Shown here: positions 24,431 to 39,421 of the stretch, in pieces
Layout: each line of letters opens with the position of its first letter
Numbering within the stretch: the first letter of the stretch is position 1
Origin: Eledone cirrhosa
Lineage: Eukaryota
DNA: 64,000 nt
Assembly: GCA_964016885.1 (NCBI GenBank)
Contig: OZ024752.1
Location: forward strand, 19,654,001-19,718,000
Direction of reading: 5' to 3'
Translations under genes and position numbers: made by a program
The notes under the pieces: generated by a model
What the model saw: only the letters and a program-made list of their open reading frames with translations
What the model was told of the DNA's origin: nothing
Databases searched by the model: none

Positions 24431-25964
24431 TAAGTGTGAATGTATGTGTGTGTATTTTTGTAAGTGTGTCTGTGTTTGCGGGTTTATATTTATATACTCA
24501 TACATATAAATGTACACACACGCACATACACACATACACACATACACACATACGCGTCAGCGTGTTGAAAAACATCCTAGTTTATAAATTTCATATCAGA
24601 AATCATTGATGTGTCAATGGCGGCTTTTCTCTCTCTTCCAGTTTAGAAAGAATAAACATGGTAAAGACCAGGTGGGAAACATACATCAGCCACATTAATA
24701 TCTGTTGAATTTGGGGATCCTTTTGAATATATATATATATATATATGTGTGTGTGCGTGTGTTTATATATGTATGTGTGTGTTCGTGTGTGTGTGTGTGT
24801 TTATATATGTATGTGTGTGTTCGTGTGTTTATATATGTATGTGTGTGTGTGTGTGTTTATATATGTATGTGAGTGTTCGTGTGTATGTGTGTTCGTGTGT
24901 GTGTGTGCGTATGCATGTCCATGTGTGTGTGTGTATGTATGTGTATGCATGTATGTATATGGATGTGTGTATATAGATAGCTAGACAACTACAATCCAAT
25001 TTGAAACAGTTCATCTTTCTATACATGAAACATGTCCGTGTTTCTAAATAGGAAAATATGAGAATGTTGGTTTAATAATTTTGACAATAATTGACTTAAA
25101 GGGTGTAAATGACACAAACATGTTAGGTATGAAGAGGTGCAAAGGTGAGGAGCTTCTAACAAAAGACTTTCCATGCCAGTATGTCATCGTAATATAGGTG
25201 TCAATTAACTTGCAGGTGTGTTGCACACGAAACTACAGTGACCTCTAACAGAATTTCTTACTTATCAACCATTTTCTTTCTATTAACTGTAAGAAATTAT
25301 TCGATCTAGTTTTATTCCTTAGGCTTAGTTTGTTCTCAAAATCCTGCCGATGTTAGCTTTGTCTTTCATACTTACGGTGTAATTAATATAAAGTACCAGT
25401 CACGCACTGGGGTCGATTTAATCGACTTTCCCCTCCCCTCAAATTGCTGGCCTTTGCCTAAATAAAAAAGCGTTGTTTCCTATTATATTTCGAATAACAG
25501 AGAAGGCTGGAAATCTACCACCCTTTTAGCAAGACTATATAATATTGAATATTTAGGTTATTTTCATTAATAGAAAAGCTACAACTGGTTGTGCAGTGAA
25601 AAAAACCAATGAGTTGCTACTGTTCTTGATTCAGGTATTATATTTCCACGTAGTCCCTCCATCTTTATATCATAACTGACTCTTTATCTGATTGTAACTG
25701 ACGTTTACACGATTAACTTCTGTAATGTTCTTTCCTTAAAACAGCAGAGAAAACAATTTGGTAGACAACAATGATTGTTAGAATGACAGAACACTTCGTT
25801 CTCGCTATTTTAGGGTAGGGAACCAAATATAGTGACAGAATCACTGATGATCTCTCCTGGAAAGATCTATCCTTAGAAACATAACACAAAATACTGCTTC
25901 CCCAACTCTTTAGGAGAGAAAATAATTAAGTTCTGAACGAAGCTAAAAAGAATCACAATGGAAT

Positions 25965-26152
25965 GTTGCCCCCACAACTCGGATGAGACTCCTCTTTCAC
26001 CGCCACATCAACCACAGAGTTGCCCCCACATCTCGGATGAGACTCCCCTTTCACCACCTCATCAACCACACAGAGTTGCCCCCACATCTCGGATGAGACT
26101 CCTCTTTCACCGCCACATCAACCACACAGAGTTTCCCCCACATCTCAGATGA
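25965..26152. repeat. ~55-bp tandem repeat x3.3
   Basis: GTTGCCCCCACATCTCGGATGAGACTCCTCTTTCACCGCCACATCAACCACAGA repeated. Confidence 0.9.
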
Positions 26153-26237
26153 CACCACACACACACACAAACTATATTGCTCCCCAAAAACCAAAATGAC
26201 AATAAATGGAATTAATAAAGACAAGTACAGTACTCAC

Positions 26238-26291
26238 CTGATGTAGGGAAATGCTGGGTCGACATGTTTGAAGGCTACGGCTATGGCGTAC
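26238..26291 (-). CDS. DRAM: DRAM family gene, second coding exon (54 nt; (T)YAIAVAFKHVDPAFPYI(S))
   Basis: ctcccttacag|GTACGCC...TACATCAG|gtgagta. The peptide matches the DRAM1/2 'Y..AV...HV.P..PYIS' signature, and the phase is compatible on both sides. Confidence 0.93.
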
Positions 26292-26331
26292 CTGTAAGGG
26301 AGATTAAGAGAACATTAATTAATACTATTTC

Positions 26332-26680
26332 AGAAGTTATTGGCAAGCCAGAATATGAAAACTGTTTTTATTAAGAAGTTATTGGCAAGTCAGAATATGA
26401 AAACTGTTTTTATTAAGAAGTTATTGGCAAGTCAGAATATGAAAACTGTTTTTATTAAGAAGTTAATGGCAAGTCAGAATGCGAAAACTGTTTTTATTAA
26501 GAAGTTAATGGCAAGTCAGAATATGAAAACTGTTTTTATTAAGAAGTTAATGGCAAATCAGAATGTGAAAACTGTTTTTATTCAGAAGTTAATGGCAAAT
26601 CAGAATATGAAAACTGTTTTTATTAAGAAGTTAATGGCAAGTCAGAATGTGAAAACTGTTTTTATTCAGAAGTTAATGAA
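26332..26680. repeat. 42-bp tandem repeat x8
   Basis: AGAAGTTAWTGGCAAGTCAGAATATGAAAACTGTTTTTATTA repeated. Confidence 0.95.
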
Positions 26681-27081
26681 AAAGTTCATAAGTCAAATTT
26701 TGCCAGGACAATTATAGAAATTATAACATTTGGTGTTTGGAACAAAGATTAACTGAAAATCAGAGGTAATTAAAATAATACTGGTGGTGATTAGTCAACG
26801 TCTTCACGGCTTAAAATTTAAAATTAAATAGTTTTATTGCAGTGGTTCCCAAATTATTGAATTAAAGATCTCTACTATCCTTTGATCTCCATTTTGATCA
26901 ACTTATGGAATTTAACTTCCAGATGGTACAGCACAAGATATTGGTATTGATTAGGTGTAGTTACATTTGATTGAGAAACCCTATCACAGGCGTTCCTGCC
27001 ATGACGTTCACTTTCATTAGCTTTAGTTACATTTGATTGAGAAAAATCTATCACAGATGTCCCTAATGTGACATACACCTT

Positions 27082-27150
<69 letters not shown>

Positions 27151-27384
27151 AGGTATGGATGTTATTGTATGTGTGGATCTGCATGTTCTGAGTTATATAT
27201 GTACACGTGCATATGTTTCTATGTCTATACATGTGTATTACATGCAGAATTTATTAATAGTTTTACATATTTTTACAGTTCCATTAATGTATGTATGTAC
27301 GTGTGTATGTATGTATGTACGTGTGTATGTATGTACGTGTGTATGTCTGTATGTATATAAGTATGTGTGTGCCAAAACGTATAG

Positions 27385-27853
27385 CTGTGTCATCAAAACT
27401 ACAAAGTGTAGAAATGCGAGATGCTCTTCAAAATGCACGTGACAACGTCGTCTTTGGTGGAAGTTGGGAACAGTTTATAACACAAGTTTACATTGTTGGG
27501 TCTGATGTACTTGGTCTTAAGAAGACAAAACACAGAGATTGGTTCAATGAGAATGATGCTGCATTGAAGAAAAGAACAAGCTGTATGAGAAGTGCCTTGT
27601 TGAAGAGGGTCCAGTGAGGAGCATTTTTGAGAAAACTTTCAAAGAACCAAAAACAAAACTACAAATTAAAACATGAAAGATAAAGAACAACTGATGGTCT
27701 GAAGTTTCAGCAGAGATGCAGAGGGCTTATAACTGCAGAGACCTGAAGACACTATACAGCACAATAAGACAAGTTTTTACTTCACAACCTTAAAAAATGG
27801 CACCTTTTGAAACAAAAGATGGGAAGGTCCTCATCAAAGATCCAGCAGGACTG
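27385..27853 (+). mobile_element. RTE-clade LINE fragment (linker region)
   Basis: VLGLKKTKHRDWFNENDAA...APLKQKDGKVLIKD-like translation across frameshifts; similar to the fragment at 8212-8440. Confidence 0.75.
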
Positions 27854-27955
27854 AATGTATGTATGTATGTATGTATGTGTATATATATATATATAAAATA
27901 TTAAAAAAATAATGAATAAAACAATGAAATAGTTCCTTATATTAAACAAAAAAAG

Positions 27956-28109
27956 TTCATTATTTAACGATCGTTTCTGGGATATATATGTGTTAGAATT
28001 GGCATGTATATTTAACAGATCTATGTACAAAATTATACAAAATTATACAAACTATCAAAATTAAATATACATATCAACTCATATATATGCCGTCTTCAGA
28101 AATGATGAA
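27956..28109 (-). ncRNA. Type I hammerhead ribozyme motif in the left IR arm
   Basis: Minus strand: TTCATCATTT-CTGAAGA-[long stem II]-GAAA-C-GATC-G-TT-AAATAATGAA. Confidence 0.6.
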
Positions 28110-28707
28110 ATATATTTATTGATAATAACAACAATTCAAAATTACAGGTCTGTTTGGGAACAGAGTTCAAATTGACCAATGGAAACACAAAAAGTTTATA
28201 CAGTTAGGTGTGTGTATATATGTAAGTAACTTCGTTCACAGATATGCATAAAAATATATGTTCACATGCATACGCATGCCGAAAAGATGTATGTAAATAC
28301 AAACATTCAGGGCTAATGTCTCTGTATATTTATAATCTACAGATAAAATACATATACGCATATAAACATATAAATATAAAAATAAATATATACACATTCA
28401 TATACTCACACATATACATACATTCACACACACACGCGCATATACGCATAAACATACACACAACCACGAACATACATACACACACACACTCATACACACA
28501 TATATGTGTATATACTATTATCATAAGCATATGGACATTAATGCGCGCACATAAACACTGCCACACATATTTAGATCAAGATACAGAAAGTAGGTGGGGG
28601 GGGGGGGGGGAAGAGGTCAGTATTTACTGGTGTCAGCAAATTGCCTATTTATAAATGTATCTATAAATTTAGAAATAAAAAGAAAAAGAAAAAAGAAAAA
28701 TATTAAG

Positions 28708-28747
<40 letters not shown>

Positions 28748-28774
28748 CAAGTAAAATATAAAATATACATCGAT

Positions 28775-28845
<71 letters not shown>

Positions 28846-28983
28846 CATACACATATACATAAACACATACATACACATACATATACATACACACACCATA
28901 TATATACACATACACATACACACACGCGCATACATATAGAGACACATACATATACACATATAAATACATAGACATACATATAT

Positions 28984-29041
<58 letters not shown>

Positions 29042-29082
29042 ATAAATACACTCATGTATATACACATATACACATACATACC

Positions 29083-29124
<42 letters not shown>

Positions 29125-29133
29125 TATACATAC

Positions 29134-29191
<58 letters not shown>

Positions 29192-29255
29192 ACACACACA
29201 TGTACACATACACATATACACAAAGATATATATATACACACACGTATATAATAAA

Positions 29256-29291
<36 letters not shown>

Positions 29292-29738
29292 CACACATAT
29301 ATATACATACATACATATATATACTCATACATAGACATGCATATATACACACACACATACACACATACATATACGCATATATACACATACATACACATCC
29401 ATGTATGCGTATACACATACAAACACAACCACACGCTCACACAACTCAGACATACATAAATAAAGGGATATACATACACATATATACATATATAAATAGA
29501 GATATATATACACATATAAATATATACACACATACACACACACACACATATACATACACATACATACATATACATACACACACACATATATATACACACA
29601 CATATATATATATATATATACATATATATACATATATATAAAAATAAAGAAATAAAAAAATAAAAGAAATAAAGAAATAAATAAATTAATACACCCAGTC
29701 AGACAAATATGCACACACATACATATATATATATACAC

Positions 29739-29771
<33 letters not shown>

Positions 29772-30383
29772 AAGGTGACGTGGTTGCCTTAACACCGTAT
29801 GGCATAAATTTAGGCTGTTCAGTTTGTTGACAAGCGAACAAAGCGGCGTTATAATAAGCGTCCGCTAAACTGATGCGTGCATATATGTATGTGTACCTGT
29901 ATGTATGTATGTGTGTGTATGTGTGTGTATATATATATATATATGCATGCTACTGTACGTCTGTATACATATATGTATGTACGTATACATACATACTTAC
30001 ATTTAAGTAAGTGCCATACTAAGAGTGAGAAATGAAATTTCGTTTTCATTTTTTTTTCAACTTATCGTTTTCGGTATGCCTGACCGATTTAACTCACTCA
30101 ATATGCAAATTAGGCTGCTCAGCCGTTAATTTTCATAAGGAAAGAATATACTTTCGAACGTTCAACTATCTGGCAGATGGGTAAACGGTGCTGATGATAG
30201 CTAACAAGCTTGAAACTAGTACATCGTTCCTGTGTCAGTGTTGAACAAAAAGGTGACGTGGTTGCCTTAACACCGTATGGCATAAATTTAGGCTTTTCAG
30301 TTTGTTGACAAGCGAACAAAGCGGCGTTATAATAAGCGTCCGCTAAACTGATGCGTGCATATATGTATGTATGTATGTGTGTG

Positions 30384-30447
<64 letters not shown>

Positions 30448-30454
30448 TGCTTTT

Positions 30455-31559
30455 TATCAAATTTGATAAAAATGCGACCTTCTATAATGAAGCTCTAGAT
30501 AGAAGTGGCCACAAAAATAGATTAGAATATATACCTTCTACTAAAAATAAAAATACTATAAACATACAACCTAATATTACCAACAAACACCAAATGAAAA
30601 GTACACACCTAAATGCCACCCACACTATACCCAAAAATACCAACAACTCTTCTAATATAAAGTATAGTAACTCTAAAAAAACTACTCATCATACAACTCT
30701 AATAAACGTTAATAATAAAACTCCTAATAAACAAGATAAAACACCTAAATCTATAAATCTAACTAAAAATGTGCGTGGTGAGATCATTAACATTAATCCT
30801 CCTAGTAAACATCACGATACAACCTATAAAAATAATAAACAACATAGAAACCGTAATAGACGAGTTACTTGGTATAATGCTCCATTTAATTTACAAATTA
30901 AGGATAATATTGCTAAAAAAAATTTTTATATCCTAGAGAAAAACTTCCCGCCAAACCACAAATACCATCAAATCTTAAATAGGTCTACAGTTAAATTCTC
31001 ATACTCAACAACCAATAACATAAAACAAAATCTAAGTGCCTATAATGCATATAAATGTAAGAATGCCATAAGTATACCACCAATACATCAAACTAACCAT
31101 AATATCTCCTCAAATACAGAATTAACGAAAGGTTGTAACTGTAGAAACAAAGCAAACTGCCCATTAAAAGGAAATTGTCTTGTTAACAACATAGTTTATA
31201 AATGTAATGTTAAAACTAAAGATTCTATTTGCTCATATATAGGAGCTACTTCTATCAATTTTAAGGTAAGGTTTAATACCCACAAACATAGTTTTAAAAA
31301 TGCCGCACTGGCTAATACAACATCTCTAGCAGAAAAAATCAATAGTTATAAAAATAAGAATATAGAATATGATATGACCTGGAGTGTGCTCAAAAGAGCC
31401 ACCCCTTATCAAAATAATAGAAATGAATGTAGATTATGTTCCCAAGAACTATTTGAAATAATGAAATCTAAGGATATCCTATTAAATAAACGACAGGAAT
31501 GAATTATATCGTGTAATCATAAACTAAGAAAAACATTTAAATATTATAAACCTAATTAA
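30455..31559 (+). mobile_element. Penelope-like element, 5'-truncated: linker plus GIY-YIG endonuclease (in-frame stop near the C-terminus)
   Basis: RNRRVTWYNAPFN, CNCRNKANCPLKGNC..NIVYKC, YIGATS..FKVRF..HKHSF, CRLC..E, LLNKRQE*IISCNH. Confidence 0.92.
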
Positions 31560-32044
31560 TAACATTATTTTAGATATTAATATATAATTTAATTTAAATG
31601 TTAGTTAACCTATAAATTTAATTTAATTAAAATTCTACTACAGATGAGATTATAAAATATTGTGTAATCATAAATTGTGAAAAACTTTTAAATATTACTA
31701 ATATATACTTTGTAAATTAATTTATAGATTAATTTTAATTTATTTAACCTTTTATTAAAATTCCTTTACAGATAAAATTTAACAAAATATCGTGTATTCA
31801 ATGACAGAAATATTTTTTAATATTATAGACCTAATTAATGTACAATTTAGAAATATATTTATAATTTGGTTTTAATTTGGTTAACCTAAAAATTTAATTT
31901 AATTGGCTTAAAATTAAAATCCTAATACAGATGGATTGCAGAGTGTCATGTAATCATAGACTGAGATAGGTTTTAGATGTATACCTAGTTAATATATTCT
32001 TTGCAATTTTTGAAAAAATATGTATATATATATGTGTATGTGTA

Positions 32045-32165
<121 letters not shown>

Positions 32166-32833
32166 ATATATATATATGAATATATATGTGTGTATATATT
32201 AATTTTAATTTTTGTTTACCTATAATTATATTCTACTATAGATAAAATACAATATCTGTTTAATTATTATAAACCTAATTAACATATACTATAGAAATTA
32301 ATATATAATTTTTAATTTAGTTAACCTATAATTTATATTCTACTACCGATGTAATACTTTATTTGTTTTTTTTCCCTATTACTAAATTCATTTCCTAATA
32401 TTGATACCATAACGTTAATAATTTTAATTTAGTTATACTATAATTAATAATCTACTACTATTTAACTTCAAAATTCAGCTTCAAATATTATAAACCTAAG
32501 TAGTATACACCTTAGAAATCAATATATTAACTATCTTTAATTTAGTTAACCTATAATTAATAGTCTACTTATATTAAAATGCATAATTTTGCCTTCTTTC
32601 TTACATTTCCTAATACTGAAACTACTATGTAAACACATATTATGATCTAAATGCAGATTAATATTCTATGTTTCTTGAAACCTATATTTACTATAACCCC
32701 CCCCCCCCCTATTATTATTTGTATTTGTAAGCGTGGATGTATGAATGTATATGTAGGTAGGTATGTATGTTTGGGTGTTTGTATGTGAGTATAATAATAC
32801 ATATGTGCGCATGTAAATAAGGGTGTATGATTG

Positions 32834-32921
<88 letters not shown>

Positions 32922-33038
32922 TATGTATCTATGTATTTATGTGGGTATATGTGTGTATGTATATGTATGCGCATGTATACGTCTATGTGTATATGTGTAT
33001 ATGTGAATATATGTATGTATATGTGCATGTATATGTGA

Positions 33039-33076
<38 letters not shown>

Positions 33077-33591
33077 AGTTGATGTGTGTATGTGTATATA
33101 TATATATATATATGTATGTATATGTATGTATATATATATATATATGTATATGTGTATATATATATATATGTATGTGTGTGCATATTTGTCTGACTGGGTG
33201 TATTAATTTATTTATTTATTTATTTATTTTTTTATTTATTTATTTTTATATATATGTATATATATGTATATATATATATATATATATGTGTATATATGTG
33301 TGTGTGTGTATGTATATGTATGTATGTATGTATGTGTATGTATATGTGTGTGTGTGTGTATGTGTGTATATATTTATATGTGTATATATATATCTATTTA
33401 TATATGTATATATGTGTATGTATATCCCTTTATTTATGTATGTCTGAGTTGTGTGAGCGTGTGGTTGTGTTTGTATGTGTATACGCATACATGGATGTGT
33501 ATGTATGTGTATATATGCGTATATGTATGTGTGTATGTGTGTGTGTATATATGTATGTCTATGTATGAGTATATATATGTATGTATGTATA

Positions 33592-33645
<54 letters not shown>

Positions 33646-33715
33646 TATTTATTATATACGTGTGTGTATATATATATATATCTTTGTGTATATGTGTATG
33701 TGTACATGTGTGTGT

Positions 33716-33783
<68 letters not shown>

Positions 33784-33885
33784 GTATGTATATATATGTA
33801 TATATATATATATAAATATATGTGTGGGTATGTATGTGTATATGTGTATATACATGAGTCTATTTATGTATGTGTGTATAGATAT

Positions 33886-33939
<54 letters not shown>

Positions 33940-33958
33940 TGTGAATGTATGTATATAT

Positions 33959-34008
<50 letters not shown>

Positions 34009-34154
34009 ATATATGTATATGTCTATGTATTTATATGTGTATATGTATGTGTCTCTATATGTATGCGCGTGTGTGTATGTGTATGTGTATATATATGGTG
34101 TGTGTATGTATATGTATGTGTATGTATGTGTTTATGTATATGTGTATGTATATG

Positions 34155-34199
<45 letters not shown>

Positions 34200-34846
34200 C
34201 GATGTATATTTTATATTTTACTTGTTATATATATATTATATATATATATTTTCTTAATATTTTTCTTTTTTCTTTTTCTTTTTATTTCTAAATTTATAGA
34301 TACATTTATAAATAGGCAGTTTGCTGACACCAGTAAATACTGACCTCTTCCCCCCCCCCCCCCTACTTTCTGTATCTTGATCTAAATATGTGTGGCAGTG
34401 TTTATGTGCGCGCATTAATGTCCATATGCTTATGATAATAGTATATACACATATATGTGTGTGTGAGTGTGTGTGTGTATGTATGTTCGTGGTTGTGTGT
34501 ATGTTTATGCGTATATGCGCGTGTGTGTGTGAATGTATATATATGTGTGAGTATATGAATGTGTATATATTTATTTTTATATTTATATGTTTATATGCGT
34601 ATATGTATTTTATCTGTAGATTATAAATATACAGAGACATTAGCCCTGAATTTTTGTATTTACATACATCTTTTCGGCATGCGTATGCATGTGAACATAT
34701 ATGTTTATGCATATCTGTGAACGAAGTTACTTACATATATACACACACCTAACTGTATAAACTTTTTGTGTTTCCATTGGTCAATTTGAACTCTGTTCCC
34801 AAACAGACCTGTAATTTTGAATTGTTGTTATTATCAATAAATATAT

Positions 34847-35000
34847 TTCATTACTTCTGAAGACGGCATATATATGAGTTGATATGTATATTTAATTTTG
34901 ATAGTTTGTATAATTTTGTATAATTTTGTACATAGATCTGTTAAATATACATGCCAATTCTAACACATATATATCCCAGAAACGATCGTTAAATAATGAA
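34847..35000 (+). ncRNA. Type I hammerhead ribozyme motif in the Penelope 3' repeat
   Basis: Stem I TTCATTACTT/AAATAATGAA; CTGAAGA at 34857; stem II CGGCATATATATGAGTT/AACACATATATATCCCA; GAAA at 34979; palindrome AACGATCGTT; GUU triplet. Confidence 0.6.
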
Positions 35001-35194
35001 CTTTTTTTGTTTAATATAAGGAACTGTTTCATTGTTTTATTCATTATTTTTTTAATATTTTATCTTGACTCCGTATTCCGTTTATCTTTCACCGAAAGTG
35101 ATTTTTCATTGCATCTCTTCTTTCCATGATATCCGGATTACATTGAGTTCTTCATACGGATTGGACACTACCGTAAACTCTTGGTAGATTTATC

Positions 35195-35253
<59 letters not shown>

Positions 35254-35534
35254 CATAGAAATAATCGGACTGGATACCGAATCGCGCGGTTAAACCACTG
35301 GGAGTGATGGGCCTTTGTCAGGGCATTCTTCTAGGAGAAGGCAACTCGGGAAACTGGGATAACTCCGACATAAAACCTACGGCTCAGTAGTTACCGATGA
35401 TGTTGATCTTTTCTTTTGGGGTGATAGCTACTGTCGCTCAGAGAGTGGGATTGGCTCAGTGCAGTCTTTCCTCATTTAAAAAAAAGCATCACGCACAGAC
35501 ATTGCACGGTAGAATTAATTAATAATTATTAATA

Positions 35535-35715
35535 ATTGTTTCTACAATAGGCACAAGGCCAGCAAGTATCCCAGTGTATTACTGGTACTTTATTTCATCG
35601 ACCCCCGTTAGGATGAAAGGCAAAGTTAACCTCGGCGTGATTTGAACTCAGAATGGCAAGGGCCGTAAGTCTATGCGTCAAAGCATGGCGTCCGACCCTC
35701 TATCGATACTGCCAT
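35535..35715 (-). mobile_element. SINE family A
   Basis: Near-complete copy. Confidence 0.85.
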
Positions 35716-38429
35716 AATAATGTTATATCGTGCAATGGCCATACTCGATAATGAGGGGGCAGCCATCATGTATCTGTGTATGTATGCACGTGTCAGTGCG
35801 ATTGAAGCATACGTGCAAGATTACGAGGATTTGTGCATAGACATGCACACATCTCCTCGTAATACACACACAACGCACACAAGTGTACACACGAATAAGA
35901 GGATGTGTATGTATCTATTGTGTGTGAGGGTGGCGGAAAGATAGACAACCAGCCAGACAAAAGGAAAGGTGTGAGTGTTAAGAGGCAGATACTGACACCT
36001 TCACCCCCCCCCTCCAACATACAGAATTTACAACTGCTCTCGTTTTATCTCTACTCATATCCACGCTCCATCGACACTGGCGTACTAATATGTCCCCGTC
36101 CCCCTACCACCACCACCAACAACAACACCAACAACAACCTCACTATCTAATGCAAAGGTCATGTTTGTGCGAACGACTAATGACAAGCAGTGCATCATTA
36201 GTTTTTTCTTTTTTCTCTCTTTTTACCCAATGTAACTCTAGACCCAAATTCTACAGAGAAAAGTATCTGACTTGTCTGAAATGCCAGGCCTTCGATGGCA
36301 TCCGATTAATAATAATTCTAACAATGGCACAAGGCCAGCAATTTGGAGGAAGTCTATTATATCGACACCAGTACTTAACTGATACTTTATTTTATGCCCC
36401 CACCCCAATCCGAAGGGATTTGAAGTCGTGAAGATTCGGGTTCGATCTAACAACATTATTCTTACGGGGTTGATAAAATAAAGTACCAGTAATGCACTGG
36501 GTAATTGCTGGCCTTGTGCCTAAAGTAGAAACAATTATATGTTAATAAAGTCTAAGGGGGGAGGGCCAACCCTTGTGAATGAAATTAAGTAGACATAACC
36601 TGCATGGAAGCCGGTCAGATGGAGTGTACTTGTAATCCAAAGGTCCAGTCTTATCACATATTATGTCATGTTGATTCGGACTGTAAATTCCATTGAGGGT
36701 TCACGTGCCTGTGAAATACAGTACTTACACGGATGGGAATCCCCCATCGGTCATTAAACCAATCAACATTTTACGACCAACTACTCACTTTACCCTATTG
36801 TCAGGGCGTTAATATTGTTCTGTAGCAGGGAATCTAGACGTTTTTAATAATGGTTTCTGATTCAGGTACAAGGCACAATCTGGAGGCAGGGGAAAGTCGA
36901 TTAAATCGACCCCAGTGTCTTACTGTACTTTATTTTATCAACCCCGTAAGGATGAAAGATAAAGCTAACCTCGGTGGTATTTGGAGTCAGAAGGTAAAGG
37001 GCCGCAACTCTATGTCACAAATCATGTTGTCCGACACTCTACTGATTCTGCCACTCATATGTTTTTAATTATGAAATCTCTAACTCGGGTTAGTAAGACT
37101 CTGCTTCATATTTTGTTGACCACTCTTCTGTCCTAGCTTGAAACAAAAGAAAGGAAAATGGCTGATCGTCAAATCGGACGAAGGAAACAATATTTTTATT
37201 GGTGTTTCCATTGCTGATAATATCTGAGGCCGGATTAAAACTCAGACCACACAGAACTGGATCAGACACCACAGTAGATCCCGTCTGACTCTTTAACAAT
37301 TCTGCTATTTCATTGTCCCACGTACTTTATTTATCCACCCCGAAAGGATGAAAGGCAATGTTGACTTCGGCAGGATTTGAACTGAGAGTGCAGTGAAACG
37401 AAACAAAGACCAAGACATTAATCCATCGCACTAATAACTCTGCCACTTGACCCCTAAAGCTGTTTCACTATGACAGAGACAAGGAGAAAATAATGGGTTG
37501 TTTCCAGGGAATTAAATGGTCTTGTTTTATAATGAATACGATTTGATTGAAGTGTTTTTATATGATGATCGATTTGTTGTTACTGATTGTAATTATAGGA
37601 AAATCCTTCTTTAAGTTTGATGTTAATGAAACCATTCTATATATCATTGTAATGTTTACCAGAAAAATAAAATAATAATAATAATAATAATACGACTGCA
37701 TAATCAAATTCCGTCAGCCGTGTAATAAACATGAATGCTAAATAAGTCCATTAACAGATAATTACTTTTAATTGGATATAACTAATACAAAAGGAAGTTT
37801 CATGTCAAAATGAAACGTTATTCCACCTCTACTAACAAGAGATGCCATCATTTGTGGTACTCTTCATTTTTATCGACTCGATATTCGTTATTCGAAAAAT
37901 CCCCTGATTTAAATATTTATTTTATTCCTTTATTCAGATCGACTCTATTTTACGTGTTGCCTTTGATCCTTTCGCAGCGGATAAATAAAGTACCGATCCA
38001 GTCTTGGGTTTGATCGAACTTCACCTTCTTTCGTTGTCTTTCTCTCAGATGTAGTTTAAAATTTCGCTTACCCAAGACACACTGTATGTCATGGCGGCGC
38101 CATAATATTCCATCAGGGGGGGAACAATCTAAGAAAGAAGGGCTTATAAGGGGTATACTCATATGCTTCAGCAATACTTAAATTAAATACTCACAAGTAA
38201 CACTGTATTTAAAATACGCATTGTGATATAAAAATGTAGTTTTTATAGAGCCTGGTGTCGATGTTTTCATTGAGAGAAGCTTAGATTGATGATGACGATG
38301 ATGATGAGGTCGAAGACAACGTCATTCCTTTTCTCCATATCCTCACCATTATTGTTGAACTAGCTTGCCCATCCAGCTGGCGCCCGGCTACCATTGGAGT
38401 GTTCTACGGCATCCAAATATATATATATA

Positions 38430-39204
38430 CTAGCAGAATGGCCCGGCGTTGCTCGGGATTTGCTATAGGGTTCTTATATATTTGATATATATTTATCCTT
38501 ATCGAACCTCGTGAAATAAATACGTTTGTTTATATTTTGTTATTGTGTATGCAAAAATATCTGTCCATAAATATATAATTATATATATATATATATATAT
38601 TAAAATAACAGACTAAAGTTTAAGCAAAGAATCACTGCTTTCACCCTTAACGGGATATTCTACCTAAAAGCAGTATGAAGTACATACACTAAGACTAATT
38701 GATGTAATCTTTGGCTTTGTTTGTTTATATTTTGTTTTTGTGTATGCAAAAATATCTGTACACGAATATCTATATTAAAATAACATATTAATGTTTAAGC
38801 AAAGAATCGCTGCTTTCAACCTTAACGGGATCTTCTTAAACTAAAAAAATCAATCTGGAAAACAGGAAGACGATACTTTGGTTCGTGAAGACGTTCCCTG
38901 GCATAAGAATATATATACACACACACACTGATCGCGTCATAATGACGTAATGCAGACAGACAGGCATACAGACAGATATTATGAAGGCGCGACGTCATAT
39001 CTATGTATCTATCTAAAAAGAGAAAGACTAAGAGAAAGAGAAAGAGATCGCTGAATCGCCTAATGCGGTCCCTAGGTCATTGAAAATTTGAAATTTGTTT
39101 TGCTCAAAACACTTTCGGGGTCATACGAGTTACATGTATAAAGTTTGAAAAAAACCGGTTGGGTACTTCTCGAGTTTTAGGGAAACAGACACACAGACAT
39201 CCTC

Positions 39205-39220
<16 letters not shown>
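38430..39220 (-). mobile_element. Non-autonomous Helitron
   Basis: Minus strand 3' end CCCGAGCAACGCCGGG hairpin + CCATTCTGCTAG|T; body shared with the copies at 42947 and 55484. Confidence 0.8.
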
Positions 39221-39250
<30 letters not shown>

Positions 39251-39255
<5 letters not shown>

Positions 39256-39346
39256 AAAAGGTATGACCCCGACGGCAGAGCTCAAGCCGTTTCGACGGCT
39301 ATTTCTGGAGTCCAGAAATAGCCGTCGGGGTCATACCTTTTCCTAT
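39251..39346. repeat. Nested foldback/palindrome
   Basis: ATAGGAAAAGGTATGACCCCGACGGC...GCCGTCGGGGTCATACCTTTTCCTAT, with inner CGACGGCTATTTCTGGA-G-TCCAGAAATAGCCGTCG. Confidence 0.9.
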
Positions 39347-39421
39347 TTCCCACTCTACTACCCTAAGTATTGAGTACTCTGGTGCGTATGGTCCATCTGG
39401 TTCCTTATCACAATTCCTTTG

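Noticed and set aside
24622-24680. Plus-strand acceptor TTTTCTCTCTCTTCCAG as an exon of another gene
   Set aside because: No recognisable peptide or partner exons.
26340-26717. 125-aa repeat ORF (ASQNMKTVFIKKL)n
   Set aside because: By-product of a 42-bp minisatellite antisense to the host intron.
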